41,348 nucleotides of DNA from Parcubacteria group bacterium (GTDB taxonomy: Bacteria; Patescibacteriota; Minisyncoccia; Portnoybacterales; UBA2143). Positions within the stretch are counted from its first letter, which is position 1, and each line of letters begins with the position of its first letter. Shown piece after piece: positions 27,935 through 36,757 of the stretch. Below the pieces are notes generated by a model. It did no database searches and was not told the origin of the DNA. It worked only from the letters and a program-made list of their open reading frames with translations. Made by a program: the position numbers and the translations under genes. The DNA lies in NCBI GenBank assembly GCA_013203625.1, contig JABMPX010000007.1:1-41348 (forward strand), written 5' to 3'.

Positions 27935-28645
27935 ATGTTAGAATTATCAGTTAAATTGCGGAAAGAAACTGGTCGTAAAAATAAGCAAATCCGGGAACAA
28001 GATTTGATTCCGGCTGTTTTATATGGCCACAAAATAAAAAACATACTTCTTTCAGTTAAGAAGCATAGTTTTGAAAAAATCTATGAAGAAGCTGGCGAAA
28101 GCACATTAATTGAGCTTAATATAGCGTCTGATGAAGAAAAATCAAAAAAAGAAAGAGTAGTTTTAATTCATGATATTGCCAAGGATCCAGTTAGCAGTGA
28201 AGTTATTCATATTGATTTTTATCAGGTTAAAATGGATGAGCCAATTACAACTGAAATTCCTTTAATTTTTAATGGCAAGTCATTAGCAGTAGAAAGAGAA
28301 GGAGGAGTTTTAATTAAAAGTATTCAAGCAATTGAAATAAAAGCCCTGCCTCAAGATTTGCCTCGTGAGATTGAAGTGGATATCTCTTCTTTAAAAACCT
28401 TTAATGACAATATTTATATCAAAGACTTGAAAATACCAGACAAAGTAGAAACAACTGTTGATTTAGAAGAAGTAGTTGCTTCAGTAATCCCACCTAGGAC
28501 TGTAACAGAATTAGAAGAATTAGAACAAGCGCCAGTTGAAGAAGTAGAAAAAGTAGAAGAGGAGAAGAAAGGAGCAGAAGAGGAAGAAGAAACAATAGAC
28601 GAAGAGGAACAAAAATCAGGCCAGGAACAAAAAGAAAATGAGTAA
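27935..28645 (+). CDS. rplY: 50S ribosomal protein L25/Ctc
   Basis: IPAVLYG, HIDFY, acidic tail. Promoter TTGACC-17-TAGAAT (27899-27927). Confidence 0.95.
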   Translation: MLELSVKLRKETGRKNKQIREQDLIPAVLYGHKIKNILLSVKKHSFEKIYEEAGESTLIELNIASDEEKSKKERVVLIHDIAKDPVSSEVIHIDFYQVKMDEPITTEIPLIFNGKSLAVEREGGVLIKSIQAIEIKALPQDLPREIEVDISSLKTFNDNIYIKDLKIPDKVETTVDLEEVVASVIPPRTVTELEELEQAPVEEVEKVEEEKKGAEEEEETIDEEEQKSGQEQKENE

Positions 28646-29945
28646 AAAATTAAAAATATTTCTTATTGTTTGCGCGGTGGCTATTTGTCTATTAGTTCTT
28701 TTAATCATACCTCTTATTGTCCAAGCTTCTGATGCCGATGTGATAAAACAGGATTTAGAAAATCAAATTAAGCAGAAACAGCAGGAAATTAATCAATATC
28801 AGCAGAATATTAAAACAAATCAGCAGAAATCAAAAACACTTGAGAACGAGATTTCTATATTAGAAGATCAAATTGACAAGATTCAAGTTGAAATAAAACA
28901 AGTGGATTTGATTATTCAAGGAAGCACTTTAAATATTCAAGAAATAGATATTGAAATTAATAAATTAAACGATAGGATAAATCAAGAAAAGAATCTTTTA
29001 GCTGAGTATATCCGAAGAGTTGCCATGCATGATCAAGATACTCTTTTAGAAATGATTTTAAGAAACGAAAAATTTTCTGATTTTTTTAATCAAATTAGCG
29101 CCTTAGAAAATGTTCAGGAACAAACACAAGGTGTCCTCGCGTCTATTCAAGGATTAAAAGAGGAGTCAGAAGAACAAAAAGCCGAATTAGAAGATGAAAG
29201 AGAAGAACAAAGTCGTTTACAATCTCTTCAGCTTATCCAAAGGCGGACAGTTGAACAAAGACAATGGCAAAAAGAAGATTTATTGGATCAAACCAAAGGA
29301 GAAGAATATCGTTATCAGCAATTAATTAAAAATGCTGAAAGCGCGATTACCTATATTACAGAACAGATTTCTTTTTTAGCTGATAAAGATGAAGCAATTC
29401 AATATGCTATTTTTGCTTCTTCCAAGACCGGCATTAGGCCGGCTTTTCTATTGGGAGTTTTGCAGGCAGAGTCCGATTTAGGTGGGAATGTTGGTACTGG
29501 CAATTGGCAGAAAGATATGTATCAGTGTTATAGGAGCATAGGTTATTTAACCAGAGCTGAAAATGAGAAAAACGCTTTTATGCAGATTTGTGAGGAATTG
29601 GGCCTGAATCCGGATTTGCAGCCAGTTTCAGCTGAACCGTGGTATGGATGCGGCGGAGCATTAGGAGTAGCTCAATTTATGCCAGCTACCTGGATGGCTT
29701 ATAAGGACAGAGTAGCTGCTTTAACTGGCCATAATCCGCCTAATCCATGGAATCATCAAGATGCTTTTATGGCTGCTGCTATAAAATTATCTAATGGCGG
29801 AGCTAATCAACGGAATGAAATAGGAGAACGCACAGCTTATGCCAAATACTTAGGCGGCAGCCGTTATGAACGTTGGATATATAGCAAAGTGACTGATTAT
29901 GTAATTCAATTAACTGCTAATTTCCAGCGACAGTATTTTGAGTAA
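28638..29945 (+). CDS. Exported coiled-coil protein with C-terminal lytic transglycosylase domain
   Basis: Signal/TM helix, long coiled coil, ES catalytic motif, GALGVAQFMPATW. Confidence 0.88.
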   Translation: MSKKLKIFLIVCAVAICLLVLLIIPLIVQASDADVIKQDLENQIKQKQQEINQYQQNIKTNQQKSKTLENEISILEDQIDKIQVEIKQVDLIIQGSTLNIQEIDIEINKLNDRINQEKNLLAEYIRRVAMHDQDTLLEMILRNEKFSDFFNQISALENVQEQTQGVLASIQGLKEESEEQKAELEDEREEQSRLQSLQLIQRRTVEQRQWQKEDLLDQTKGEEYRYQQLIKNAESAITYITEQISFLADKDEAIQYAIFASSKTGIRPAFLLGVLQAESDLGGNVGTGNWQKDMYQCYRSIGYLTRAENEKNAFMQICEELGLNPDLQPVSAEPWYGCGGALGVAQFMPATWMAYKDRVAALTGHNPPNPWNHQDAFMAAAIKLSNGGANQRNEIGERTAYAKYLGGSRYERWIYSKVTDYVIQLTANFQRQYFE

Positions 29946-29965
29946 AATTCTTGCGTTTGAATCAT

Positions 29966-30000
29966 CATAAAAGCCCCGACGTAAAGTCGGGGCTTTTATG
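29966..30000. terminator. Bidirectional intrinsic terminator
   Basis: 15-bp perfect inverted repeat CATAAAAGCCCCGAC / GTCGGGGCTTTTATG between convergent genes. Confidence 0.9.
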
Positions 30001-30035
30001 ATTAATAAAGAACTATATTATTTATCTATTATTTT

Positions 30036-30659
30036 TTACCAAGAAACAACTAAAGCGCTGTATTTCTCAAGATTTTTTAGTTGTTCCGGAGTTAATTGCA
30101 TAGAAGCGTCAATTGCTTCTTTTATTAAATCTTCGGAAAAGGCGATTTCATCTCCAACATTTAGCGGTTTAGAACCAATGTTGTCCTTGAGGTAATCCTC
30201 AATATAAATTTTATGTTCATTAGTCAATTCTTCAGGATGGTCTTTAGTGTAATCTTTAAGCGCTCGGCGAGCCAAATGGGTAACACCATTCCCCTTGGCT
30301 GCTTTTTCTATAATCGAGTTATTTTCCTTCCTGCCAGCTGGAATAATCTCTGTAATTTCAGTTTCCCCTGTAGATGATTCTGTAATTTCTTCAACAGCTA
30401 AGCCAGATATTTTCCCTTGGAGATCAGCAGTAAATTCTTCTCCTGATAATGAACCTATTTCATCTTGATTTTTTTGATTGGCGTATAAATAAATTCCGCC
30501 AGCTAAAATCAAAAGAGCGATAACTGGTAAAATAACTGAACTGCCATGCTTATTAATCCATCCCTTAGATTTTTCTCTCCAACTGTTTTTGTTCTTAAAA
30601 CCAAACTGAGGACCGCTAGTTAAAGGAGATTCTCCACCTTTTTGTTTTTGTTCTAACAT
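30036..30659 (-). CDS. Single-TM hypothetical protein, possibly with a LysM-like C-terminal domain
   Basis: ATG 30659 has SD AGAAAGGA. TM segment VILPVIALLILAGGIYLY. KGNGVTHLAR...LNVGDEI only loosely resembles LysM. Confidence 0.7.
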   Translation of the reverse strand: MLEQKQKGGESPLTSGPQFGFKNKNSWREKSKGWINKHGSSVILPVIALLILAGGIYLYANQKNQDEIGSLSGEEFTADLQGKISGLAVEEITESSTGETEITEIIPAGRKENNSIIEKAAKGNGVTHLARRALKDYTKDHPEELTNEHKIYIEDYLKDNIGSKPLNVGDEIAFSEDLIKEAIDASMQLTPEQLKNLEKYSALVVSW

Positions 30660-30726
30660 AAATATTTCCTTTCTTAGAATTTCTTTATTCGACCTTTCCC
30701 TCCACATATTTAATTTTTAAAAAGAA

Positions 30727-32403
30727 CTAAATTTCAATTACCACTGGTAGAACCATTGGTCTTCTCTGTGTTTTAGTATAAAGGAATTGGCCGATTTTGT
30801 CACGTATATTATCTTTAACATAACTCCAATTGACTGTATGTTCGTCTGAAGATGTTTGTTCAACAATCTTTTTAACCTTTTCCCTTGTCTGATTTAAGAG
30901 CTCTTTTGATTCTCGCAGATAAACAAAACCGCGTGAAATAATATCTGGTTCTCCGCGCACTTTTCCAGTTTTGCTGTCAATTACGGTGATAATAACAAAC
31001 ATACCTTCTTCAGCCATAGATTGCCTGTCGCGCAGGACAACTTGGCCAACATCTCCGACTCCCAATCCATCAACCATAACATAATTAGCTGGCACTTTTT
31101 CCTTGCTTAATTCAATTGAATTTTGGTTAACAGAAATAATATTTCCATTTCCAGCTACCATAATGTTTTTTGTATCAATACCTATACTTTCAGCAATTTC
31201 GCCGTGTAATTTTAGCATATAATAATTACCATGAATAGGGATGAAGAATTTGGGTTTAATTAAATTAATCATCATTTTGAGGTCTTCTACTTGAGCATGT
31301 CCGCCAGCATGTATATCCATCATTTGATAATGATAAACTCTTGCGCCTTGTCTCCAAAGAATGTCTTTTAGGCCTTGAACAGTTCTTTCATTCCCTGGCA
31401 CAACTGAAGAAGAAAAAGCAACAGCATCACTTTTTTGAATTTGGATATTGCGGTGTTCTTTATTGGCTATTCGCATTAAAACAGCGTTTCCTTCACCTTG
31501 AGCTCCAGTGCAGACAACCACTACTTTTCCGTTTGGATAATCTTTTATTTGATTAATTTTAATTAAAGTGCCTTTTTGCGCTTTAATATATCCCAGCTTT
31601 TTAGCTATTTGCGTATTCATTTTCATGCTATAACCGTCAACTGCTACTTTTCTGTCATACTTTTCAGCTAAATTGACTACTTCTTGAATACGGCTGATTA
31701 AAGAGGCAAAAGTAGCAATAATGATTCTGCCAGACGATTCTTTAAAAATTATTTCCAAATTATCCTGGATATCTTTTTCTGAAATAGAATGGCCTGGTTT
31801 TTCCGCATTAGTACTGTCTGACATTAAAGCTAAGATGCCTCCATTAGCAATTTCAGAGATTCTGGAAATATCAGCTGGTTCATCGCCAATCGGGCTATGG
31901 TCAAATTTAAAATCTCCAGTATGGACAATTTTGCCAACTGGCGTTTCAATAACCAATCCAACTCCATCAGGAATATTATGGTTAACATGAAAGAATTCAA
32001 TATTAAAACAGCCAAGTTTAATTTTAGAATCTTTATTGATTTGACGAATATCTAATTTAGGCGCTTCTGGAAAATCATCCTGTCTTTTAAGGATAATTCC
32101 TCTGGTTAAAGCAGTAGTGTAAATAGGCGGATTGCCCAAACGTTTCATTGAATGGGGGATTGCTCCAATGTGGTCATAATGGCCGTGGGTGATAATAATG
32201 CCGTGGATTTTATCTCTTTTGTCTTTAAGATAGGCTGTATTAGGTATGATATAGTCAATTCCAGGCATATCTTCTTCTGGAAATTGTAAGCCCATATCAA
32301 CAATAATAATGTCGTCGCCATACTCAAAAATTGTCATATTGCGACCGACTTCTTCTAATCCCCCTAAAGGGATAATTTTTAGATTTTGTGTTGTTGTTGT
32401 CAT
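30727..32403 (-). CDS. rnj: Ribonuclease J
   Basis: PLGGLEEVGRNM, THGHYDHIG, HTGDFK, GAQGE, PIHG, PMVLPV. Confidence 0.97.
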   Translation of the reverse strand: MTTTTQNLKIIPLGGLEEVGRNMTIFEYGDDIIIVDMGLQFPEEDMPGIDYIIPNTAYLKDKRDKIHGIIITHGHYDHIGAIPHSMKRLGNPPIYTTALTRGIILKRQDDFPEAPKLDIRQINKDSKIKLGCFNIEFFHVNHNIPDGVGLVIETPVGKIVHTGDFKFDHSPIGDEPADISRISEIANGGILALMSDSTNAEKPGHSISEKDIQDNLEIIFKESSGRIIIATFASLISRIQEVVNLAEKYDRKVAVDGYSMKMNTQIAKKLGYIKAQKGTLIKINQIKDYPNGKVVVVCTGAQGEGNAVLMRIANKEHRNIQIQKSDAVAFSSSVVPGNERTVQGLKDILWRQGARVYHYQMMDIHAGGHAQVEDLKMMINLIKPKFFIPIHGNYYMLKLHGEIAESIGIDTKNIMVAGNGNIISVNQNSIELSKEKVPANYVMVDGLGVGDVGQVVLRDRQSMAEEGMFVIITVIDSKTGKVRGEPDIISRGFVYLRESKELLNQTREKVKKIVEQTSSDEHTVNWSYVKDNIRDKIGQFLYTKTQRRPMVLPVVIEI

Positions 32404-32422
32404 AGTTTTTAATTTGTTAGTG

Positions 32423-32505
32423 TGCCGAAGAAGGGATTCGAACCCTTAAGCCATAAAGGCACACGGTTCTGAACCGTGCATGTTTACCAATTTCATCACT
32501 TCGGC
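32423..32505 (-). tRNA. tRNA-Leu(CAG), no encoded CCA
   Basis: Acceptor stem GCCGAAG/CTTCGGC, anticodon arm CACGG-TTCAGAA-CCGTG, long variable arm, T-loop GGTTCGAATCC, discriminator A. Confidence 0.95.
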
Positions 32506-32602
32506 ATTGACCAAATCAGTTTTTTAAGTTATGATTTAAATAAATTCAGATCTTTAACTTTTAAAATTTAGAAAAATAATCTTTTCTGGAGGGGAGGGAA
32601 TT

Positions 32603-32797
32603 ATGGATCCTATAAATTCTATAAATTCTGTAATAAGTTTTGTGATATTTCTTTTCCTAACCGCCGTTATATTAGCAGGAGGAGAAATGGCTAGGGTTGG
32701 AAGTAAGCATTCAACGAGAATTGTTGGAAGCTGTTCCTTCTTATTCAGTGTAGTAGGATTTATGCTTCTGTTTTATTATTCCTTTGTAAACCAGTGA
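32603..32797 (+). CDS. Small two-TM membrane protein
   Basis: SD GGAGGGGAGG, promoter TTGACC-17-TATGAT at 32507, and a terminator hairpin TTAGATTAATC/GATTAATCTAA downstream. Confidence 0.65.
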   Translation: MDPINSINSVISFVIFLFLTAVILAGGEMARVGSKHSTRIVGSCSFLFSVVGFMLLFYYSFVNQ

Positions 32798-32854
32798 ATC
32801 TTTTTAAAAGCCTGATTTAGATTAATCCAATAGATTAATCTAATGAGGGCTTTT

Positions 32855-33571
32855 TTATTTTAAATCTTTAAATAATTTCGGATTTTTGAGAAAATCCAGT
32901 TTTTTTAGGTTTTTAACCAAAGAATACAAACTTTTTTCTTTATCTATTTCGAATTTTTCCAGCCACTTATTTGGCTCCATAAACTCTAAATTAGGAATTG
33001 AATTGTAATTTCCGTTCTTGACCCAGTTTATCTCTTGAGAATCGTTTTTAAGGGCAAAATAACAGAATCCGCACTTTTTTCTGAATGGTTTGTAAATATT
33101 GGAAGAAAAATCTCGGCAAACCCAATTAGCTGTTTTTAATATTTCTCCAGAGGCATTAATTATTAAATGTTCATAATTAGGCAATACAATTACTTTGTCA
33201 TTCTTTTTAGCTTTTACTGCGTAAACATTTTTAATATCAGATCCATGGGAGTCCTGAAAAAGGAAAATAGCTTTTCCTTCTAAAACTTCGTAAATTTCAG
33301 AGTAAGTTAAATTGGTTTTAGGAACTAAAGGATGGTCATGTCCAGCTGTCTTATTGTATTCCTGTCCTAGCATTATAAAGGGAATGACTGTTATGTCGTA
33401 TCTTAATTCCTGTTTAATAATTGTTTGTTTGTCTTTTTTGCTATCAGCCAAATCGCGGTACATGTAATAGAGTTCTAAATCAGAGACTGTTTTAGCCCAT
33501 TCCTTATCAAAAAGAAGTTCTTTCATTTCTACTAAATAGCGAATATTTGGTTTAAGTTTCTTTATGTCCAT
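32855..33571 (-). CDS. Cupin-type (archaeal-type) glucose-6-phosphate isomerase
   Basis: YYMYRD, LRYDITVI, EYNKTAGHDH, EIYEVLEG, PNYEHLIIN. Confidence 0.88.
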   Translation of the reverse strand: MDIKKLKPNIRYLVEMKELLFDKEWAKTVSDLELYYMYRDLADSKKDKQTIIKQELRYDITVIPFIMLGQEYNKTAGHDHPLVPKTNLTYSEIYEVLEGKAIFLFQDSHGSDIKNVYAVKAKKNDKVIVLPNYEHLIINASGEILKTANWVCRDFSSNIYKPFRKKCGFCYFALKNDSQEINWVKNGNYNSIPNLEFMEPNKWLEKFEIDKEKSLYSLVKNLKKLDFLKNPKLFKDLK

Positions 33572-33574
33572 ATA

Positions 33575-35257
33575 TTACTTCCAAATTCTATTTATTTTAA
33601 TATACCAATTTTCTACTTGAGAAAATCTTTGTGATGGTTGAGCTAATTTTTCTATGGAAATTCCTCTTACTTTTTTATTAACCGGGTAAATATAGCTTGG
33701 GCTGTAAAGAAAAACACCTGGTACATCTTCCATAAGCAGTTTTTGGAATTCAGCATATTTTCCTTCGCGGGTCTCTTGGTCTAAAGTCTGTCTGGCATCT
33801 TGCAGTAATTCATCCACATCTTTGTTTTGATAAAGCGCTAAATTCAAGCCAGGGTCTTTTTTTTGTGAAGAGTGCCAGAAAGCAAAAGGGTCTGGGTCAG
33901 CGCTGAGCACTTCTCCAAAAAGTATAGCTTGGTATTCGCGGGGACGGATATAGTCTTTTTGAATGTTTGCCGCGTCAACTGTTTCCAAATTAACTTTAAC
34001 GCCGATTTTTTCCCATTGTTCTTTAATTAATTCAGCAGTTTGTTTTATTTCAGACCAATTAGTAGCTAATAAGCTTATTTCCAATCTTATTTCTTCCTCT
34101 CCTTCGCCTTTTTCTCTAATTCCATCATCATCTGAATCTATCCATGAATCTGCTTCTAAAATGTTTTTGGCATGTTCTATGGCAAAATCGTAAATATTTG
34201 TTTCTGCAGTATAATTTGGCCAATTAGGCAAAAGAGGCGAGTCAACTCTGGTGCCTTTTCCATTCAGAACTTTATTAATAATTTCTTCTTTATCAGTTGC
34301 ATAAGCCAAAGCTAATCGAACAGTTTTATTGGCTAAGGCCTTGCTTTCAGTTTGATTAAAGAAAATAGCGTAATAAATCGGCAGTTTAATTTCATATATA
34401 TTAAGATTATTTTTGATTTCTGACTGGTTGGCTGTTGAAAGAGAACTTAACCCGTCTATTTGTCTTTTTTGATAAGCATTAGTTAAATTTGTTTGATTGC
34501 TGTAAAATTTAAGGATAATATTTTTAATAAAAGGACTCTGGATTCTATTTTCAAACAACAAGTAAAAATTTTCATTGCGGACTAATTTAATTGATTCAAT
34601 CTTGCCATCTTTGTTTTTAACATATTCCTTGAACTTGTAAGGACCAGAGCCAACTGGCTTAAGATTGTATTCAGCCAAAGGAAAATTTTGTCCTGAAATG
34701 CCAGCCCAAAGATGTTTTGGCAAAATACCCACAGTTAAATTATGTAAAAAAGGAGCATAAATATTATTTAATCTAAATAAAACAGTAAATTCATCAACTT
34801 TTTCTATTTCCACGCCCTGCCAAATATTTCTTAAAGGACTGTTGTATTCAGGGTCCTGAATAGTTCTTATAGTAAAAATAACATCATCAGCTGAGAATTG
34901 TTCTCCATTATGCCAATGAACATTTCTTTTAAGAGAAACATTGTAAGTTAATCCGTCTTCTCCAAGGGAATACTCTTTGGCTAAATCAGGAATAAGATTG
35001 CCTTGATTGTCATATTTAAACAAACTGGAATAAACAAGCTGGACTAAATCTCTGTCAACATCATTTGTCTGAGCTAAAACTGGGTTAATATAGCGCGGCT
35101 GTCCAAGTATGCCTTCTTTGTATTCTCCTCCTATTTTAGGTTCAATAATAGTTTGATTGATATAAAAATTAAAAAGCAGGGTTACGCAAGAACCAGCAAT
35201 AATCAAAATTAGGCCTCTAGCTAACCAACGTTCTCGAAAAGGCAAGACCTTAAGCAA
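33575..35257 (-). CDS. Family 5 (peptide/nickel) ABC substrate-binding protein; true start probably further upstream
   Basis: PDLA, WHNGEQFSADDVIFT, PVGSGPY. The frame stays open upstream to 35350. Confidence 0.9.
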   Translation of the reverse strand: MLKVLPFRERWLARGLILIIAGSCVTLLFNFYINQTIIEPKIGGEYKEGILGQPRYINPVLAQTNDVDRDLVQLVYSSLFKYDNQGNLIPDLAKEYSLGEDGLTYNVSLKRNVHWHNGEQFSADDVIFTIRTIQDPEYNSPLRNIWQGVEIEKVDEFTVLFRLNNIYAPFLHNLTVGILPKHLWAGISGQNFPLAEYNLKPVGSGPYKFKEYVKNKDGKIESIKLVRNENFYLLFENRIQSPFIKNIILKFYSNQTNLTNAYQKRQIDGLSSLSTANQSEIKNNLNIYEIKLPIYYAIFFNQTESKALANKTVRLALAYATDKEEIINKVLNGKGTRVDSPLLPNWPNYTAETNIYDFAIEHAKNILEADSWIDSDDDGIREKGEGEEEIRLEISLLATNWSEIKQTAELIKEQWEKIGVKVNLETVDAANIQKDYIRPREYQAILFGEVLSADPDPFAFWHSSQKKDPGLNLALYQNKDVDELLQDARQTLDQETREGKYAEFQKLLMEDVPGVFLYSPSYIYPVNKKVRGISIEKLAQPSQRFSQVENWYIKINRIWK

Positions 35258-35384
35258 ACGAGTCCATTGTTTATAAGTAGGCCATTTTTCTACTTTGAAA
35301 TAAGATATTAATTTGTTTGATTGAGTACTGATGGAAATAAAAATTAAGACCTAAGTAAATGTAAGTTTTAATTAAGGATTAGAT

Positions 35385-35603
35385 TTAGATTATAAGATTC
35401 AAAAAAGCAGTAATAATAAATAAACTAGCCAAAACAATGCTAGTTGTAAAAAGTATTTTTTCAAAACCTCTTTTAGTGTAATAACTAGTTCCTCCGCCAG
35501 AACCAAAAATACCTGAACCGCCAGCGCCGCGTCGTTGAAACAGGATAGTGATAATCAGGCCTATAGAAATAATAACTTGAGAAATAGTTAAAATATATTG
35601 CAT
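35385..35603 (-). CDS. secG: Preprotein translocase subunit SecG
   Basis: Two TM helices around Q-RGAGGSGIFG...RGFEK. Confidence 0.9.
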   Translation of the reverse strand: MQYILTISQVIISIGLIITILFQRRGAGGSGIFGSGGGTSYYTKRGFEKILFTTSIVLASLFIITAFLNLII

Positions 35604-35956
35604 TAATCTTTTTTCTTTTTTCGGCCAGTTCCAAAGACCATATTAACAAAACTAATAATTACGACTCCCCAGACATATGCCCAGATTCCAACAATAGTTA
35701 GCTCATCCACTAAGTATTCCAATAGCCATAAAAGGCCTATGTTGATGACAATGAAAAACAATCCTAAGCTAAGAATAATAAAAGGAGTTGAAATAAAACG
35801 CAGAATAGGCCTAAGAATAACATTCATTAAACCTAAAAGCAATCCAGCGATAAGTAATGTTAAAATATCGCCTTCAAAAATAAAGCCGGGCACTAAATAA
35901 TCAGCTAAAAAAATAGCCACGGCATTAACAAAAATTTGCGCAATGAATTTTATCAT
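35603..35956 (-). CDS. 4-TM phage-holin-like (YvlD-type) membrane protein
   Basis: VPG, LGLMNVILRPIL, PFIILSLGLF..VIN. The track's TTG 35992 is actually the -35 box (TTGACT-17-TAATAT), so ATG 35956 is used. Confidence 0.85.
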   Translation of the reverse strand: MIKFIAQIFVNAVAIFLADYLVPGFIFEGDILTLLIAGLLLGLMNVILRPILRFISTPFIILSLGLFFIVINIGLLWLLEYLVDELTIVGIWAYVWGVVIISFVNMVFGTGRKKKKD

Positions 35957-36007
35957 TTGTTTAATATTATCATATAATAAAAACCCAGTCAAGATTTTGT
36001 AAATAAT

Positions 36008-36177
36008 AAGGACAGTCCTTCAAAATGATGTTCTTTGAAAAGTTTTAAGAGGCTTGTCCTTCAAAATGATGTCTCTCTGAGAAAGTTAAAGAGGCTTGTC
36101 CTTCAAAATGATGTCCCTTGAGTACAAGGGCGTCATTTTAAGGACGACGCCTCTGGATCAGGACGACGCCTCTGGAT
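36008..36177. repeat. Cluster of 41-42-bp tandem repeats, an inverted copy and a 19-bp tandem duplication
   Basis: GTCCTTCAAAATGATGT at 36015, 36056 and 36098. 36090-36120 pairs imperfectly with 36125-36154. AGGACGACGCCTCTGGAT at 36141 and 36160. Confidence 0.9.
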
Positions 36178-36178
36178 T

Positions 36179-36313
36179 TTACTTCCTCTTAATAATCCTT
36201 TGTAATCTAAAAACACTCTTGCCAGAAACCTTCATTTTTGGCTTTTTCTTTTTTTCTCTTTGCTTTGCCTTGTTTTTAACTTTTTCCTCAATTTCTTCCA
36301 AATTATTTTTCAT
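36179..36313 (-). CDS. 44-aa highly basic small protein (MKNNLEEIEEKVKNKAKQREKKKKPKMKVSGKSVFRLQRIIKRK)
   Basis: Translated by hand. Extended -10 TGCTATAAT lies 6 nt before the ATG. Confidence 0.7.
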   Translation of the reverse strand: MKNNLEEIEEKVKNKAKQREKKKKPKMKVSGKSVFRLQRIIKRK

Positions 36314-36392
36314 ATTCTGATTATAGCATTAACTATTATTATACACAAATTCACTCTTGACAAACCCAACCATCTTATGCTAATATATAACC

Positions 36393-36508
36393 AAGTCCTT
36401 GTTCGTATTTTGCCTATTTCTGGCTTCGACCTCCGTGGCCATAAAGTAATCCCAGTGCCAAAATGATTCGAAGGGGAAAGAGTAAAAACAACAAGGACTC
36501 TTTCTTTT
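36393..36508 (+). ncRNA. Rod-shaped ~110-nt ncRNA (6S-like candidate)
   Basis: Own promoter TTGACA (36357)-18-TAATAT. Closing stem AGTCCTTGTT/AACAAGGACT, nested TTCGA/TCGAA and TGGC/GCCA, T-rich 3' end. Confidence 0.6.
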
Positions 36509-36517
36509 GTCTAAAAA

Positions 36518-36546
36518 TTGACAATTAAACTTTAATGTTTTAAAAT
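36518..36546 (+). promoter_or_regulatory. Sigma70 promoter of the ncRNA-RT unit
   Basis: TTGACA-17 nt-TAAAAT. Confidence 0.8.
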
Positions 36547-36552
36547 CAAAGT

Positions 36553-36716
36553 AGATCAAGGAGCAGGCTTGCCAACTGCGGTGATACTAACCGCGAGGCA
36601 GTCAGTATCTGACTGCTGGAGAATTATCTATTACTCTCGGCGGCTTCCTGCTGAAGCAGCCCCGCCCTGAAGAAGAAGCTTACTCTATGAGGGTCGCCTA
36701 AGACGACCCTCAGATC
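36553..36716 (+). ncRNA. Retron msr/msd-like structured RNA
   Basis: GC-rich island. Enclosing stem 36560-36570/36676-36686. Hairpins GCGGT/ACCGC, GCAGTCAG/CTGACTGC, GGCGG-CTTC/GAAG-CCGCC and TGAGGGTCG/CGACCCTCA. Confidence 0.75.
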
Positions 36717-36757
36717 TGTTCTTTAATAAAAATCCATAAGAAAAGGAGGATTTAGTA

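Noticed and set aside
32423..32505. tRNA-Leu as an integration site
   Set aside because: No integrase, no duplicated tRNA 3' end, and rnj follows directly.
35603..35956. Prophage indicated by a holin-like gene
   Set aside because: This 4-TM family is commonly chromosomal, it is coupled to secG, and no phage genes are nearby.
36008..36177. CRISPR array
   Set aside because: The intervening segments are only ~15 nt and resemble each other (TCTTTGAAAAGTTTT vs TCTCTGAGAAAGTTA), so these are tandem repeats. No cas genes are present.
36096..36466. Plus-strand ORFs 36096..36320 and 36260..36466
   Set aside because: They have TTG starts without an RBS and run through repeats, the antisense of the 44-aa gene, a promoter and the ncRNA.
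36141..36712. Repeat cluster templated by the RT ncRNA (AGGACGACGCCTC vs AAGACGACCCTC)
   Set aside because: The similarity is short and gapped and cannot be distinguished from chance by eye. The repeat motif also occurs at 40397, away from the RT.
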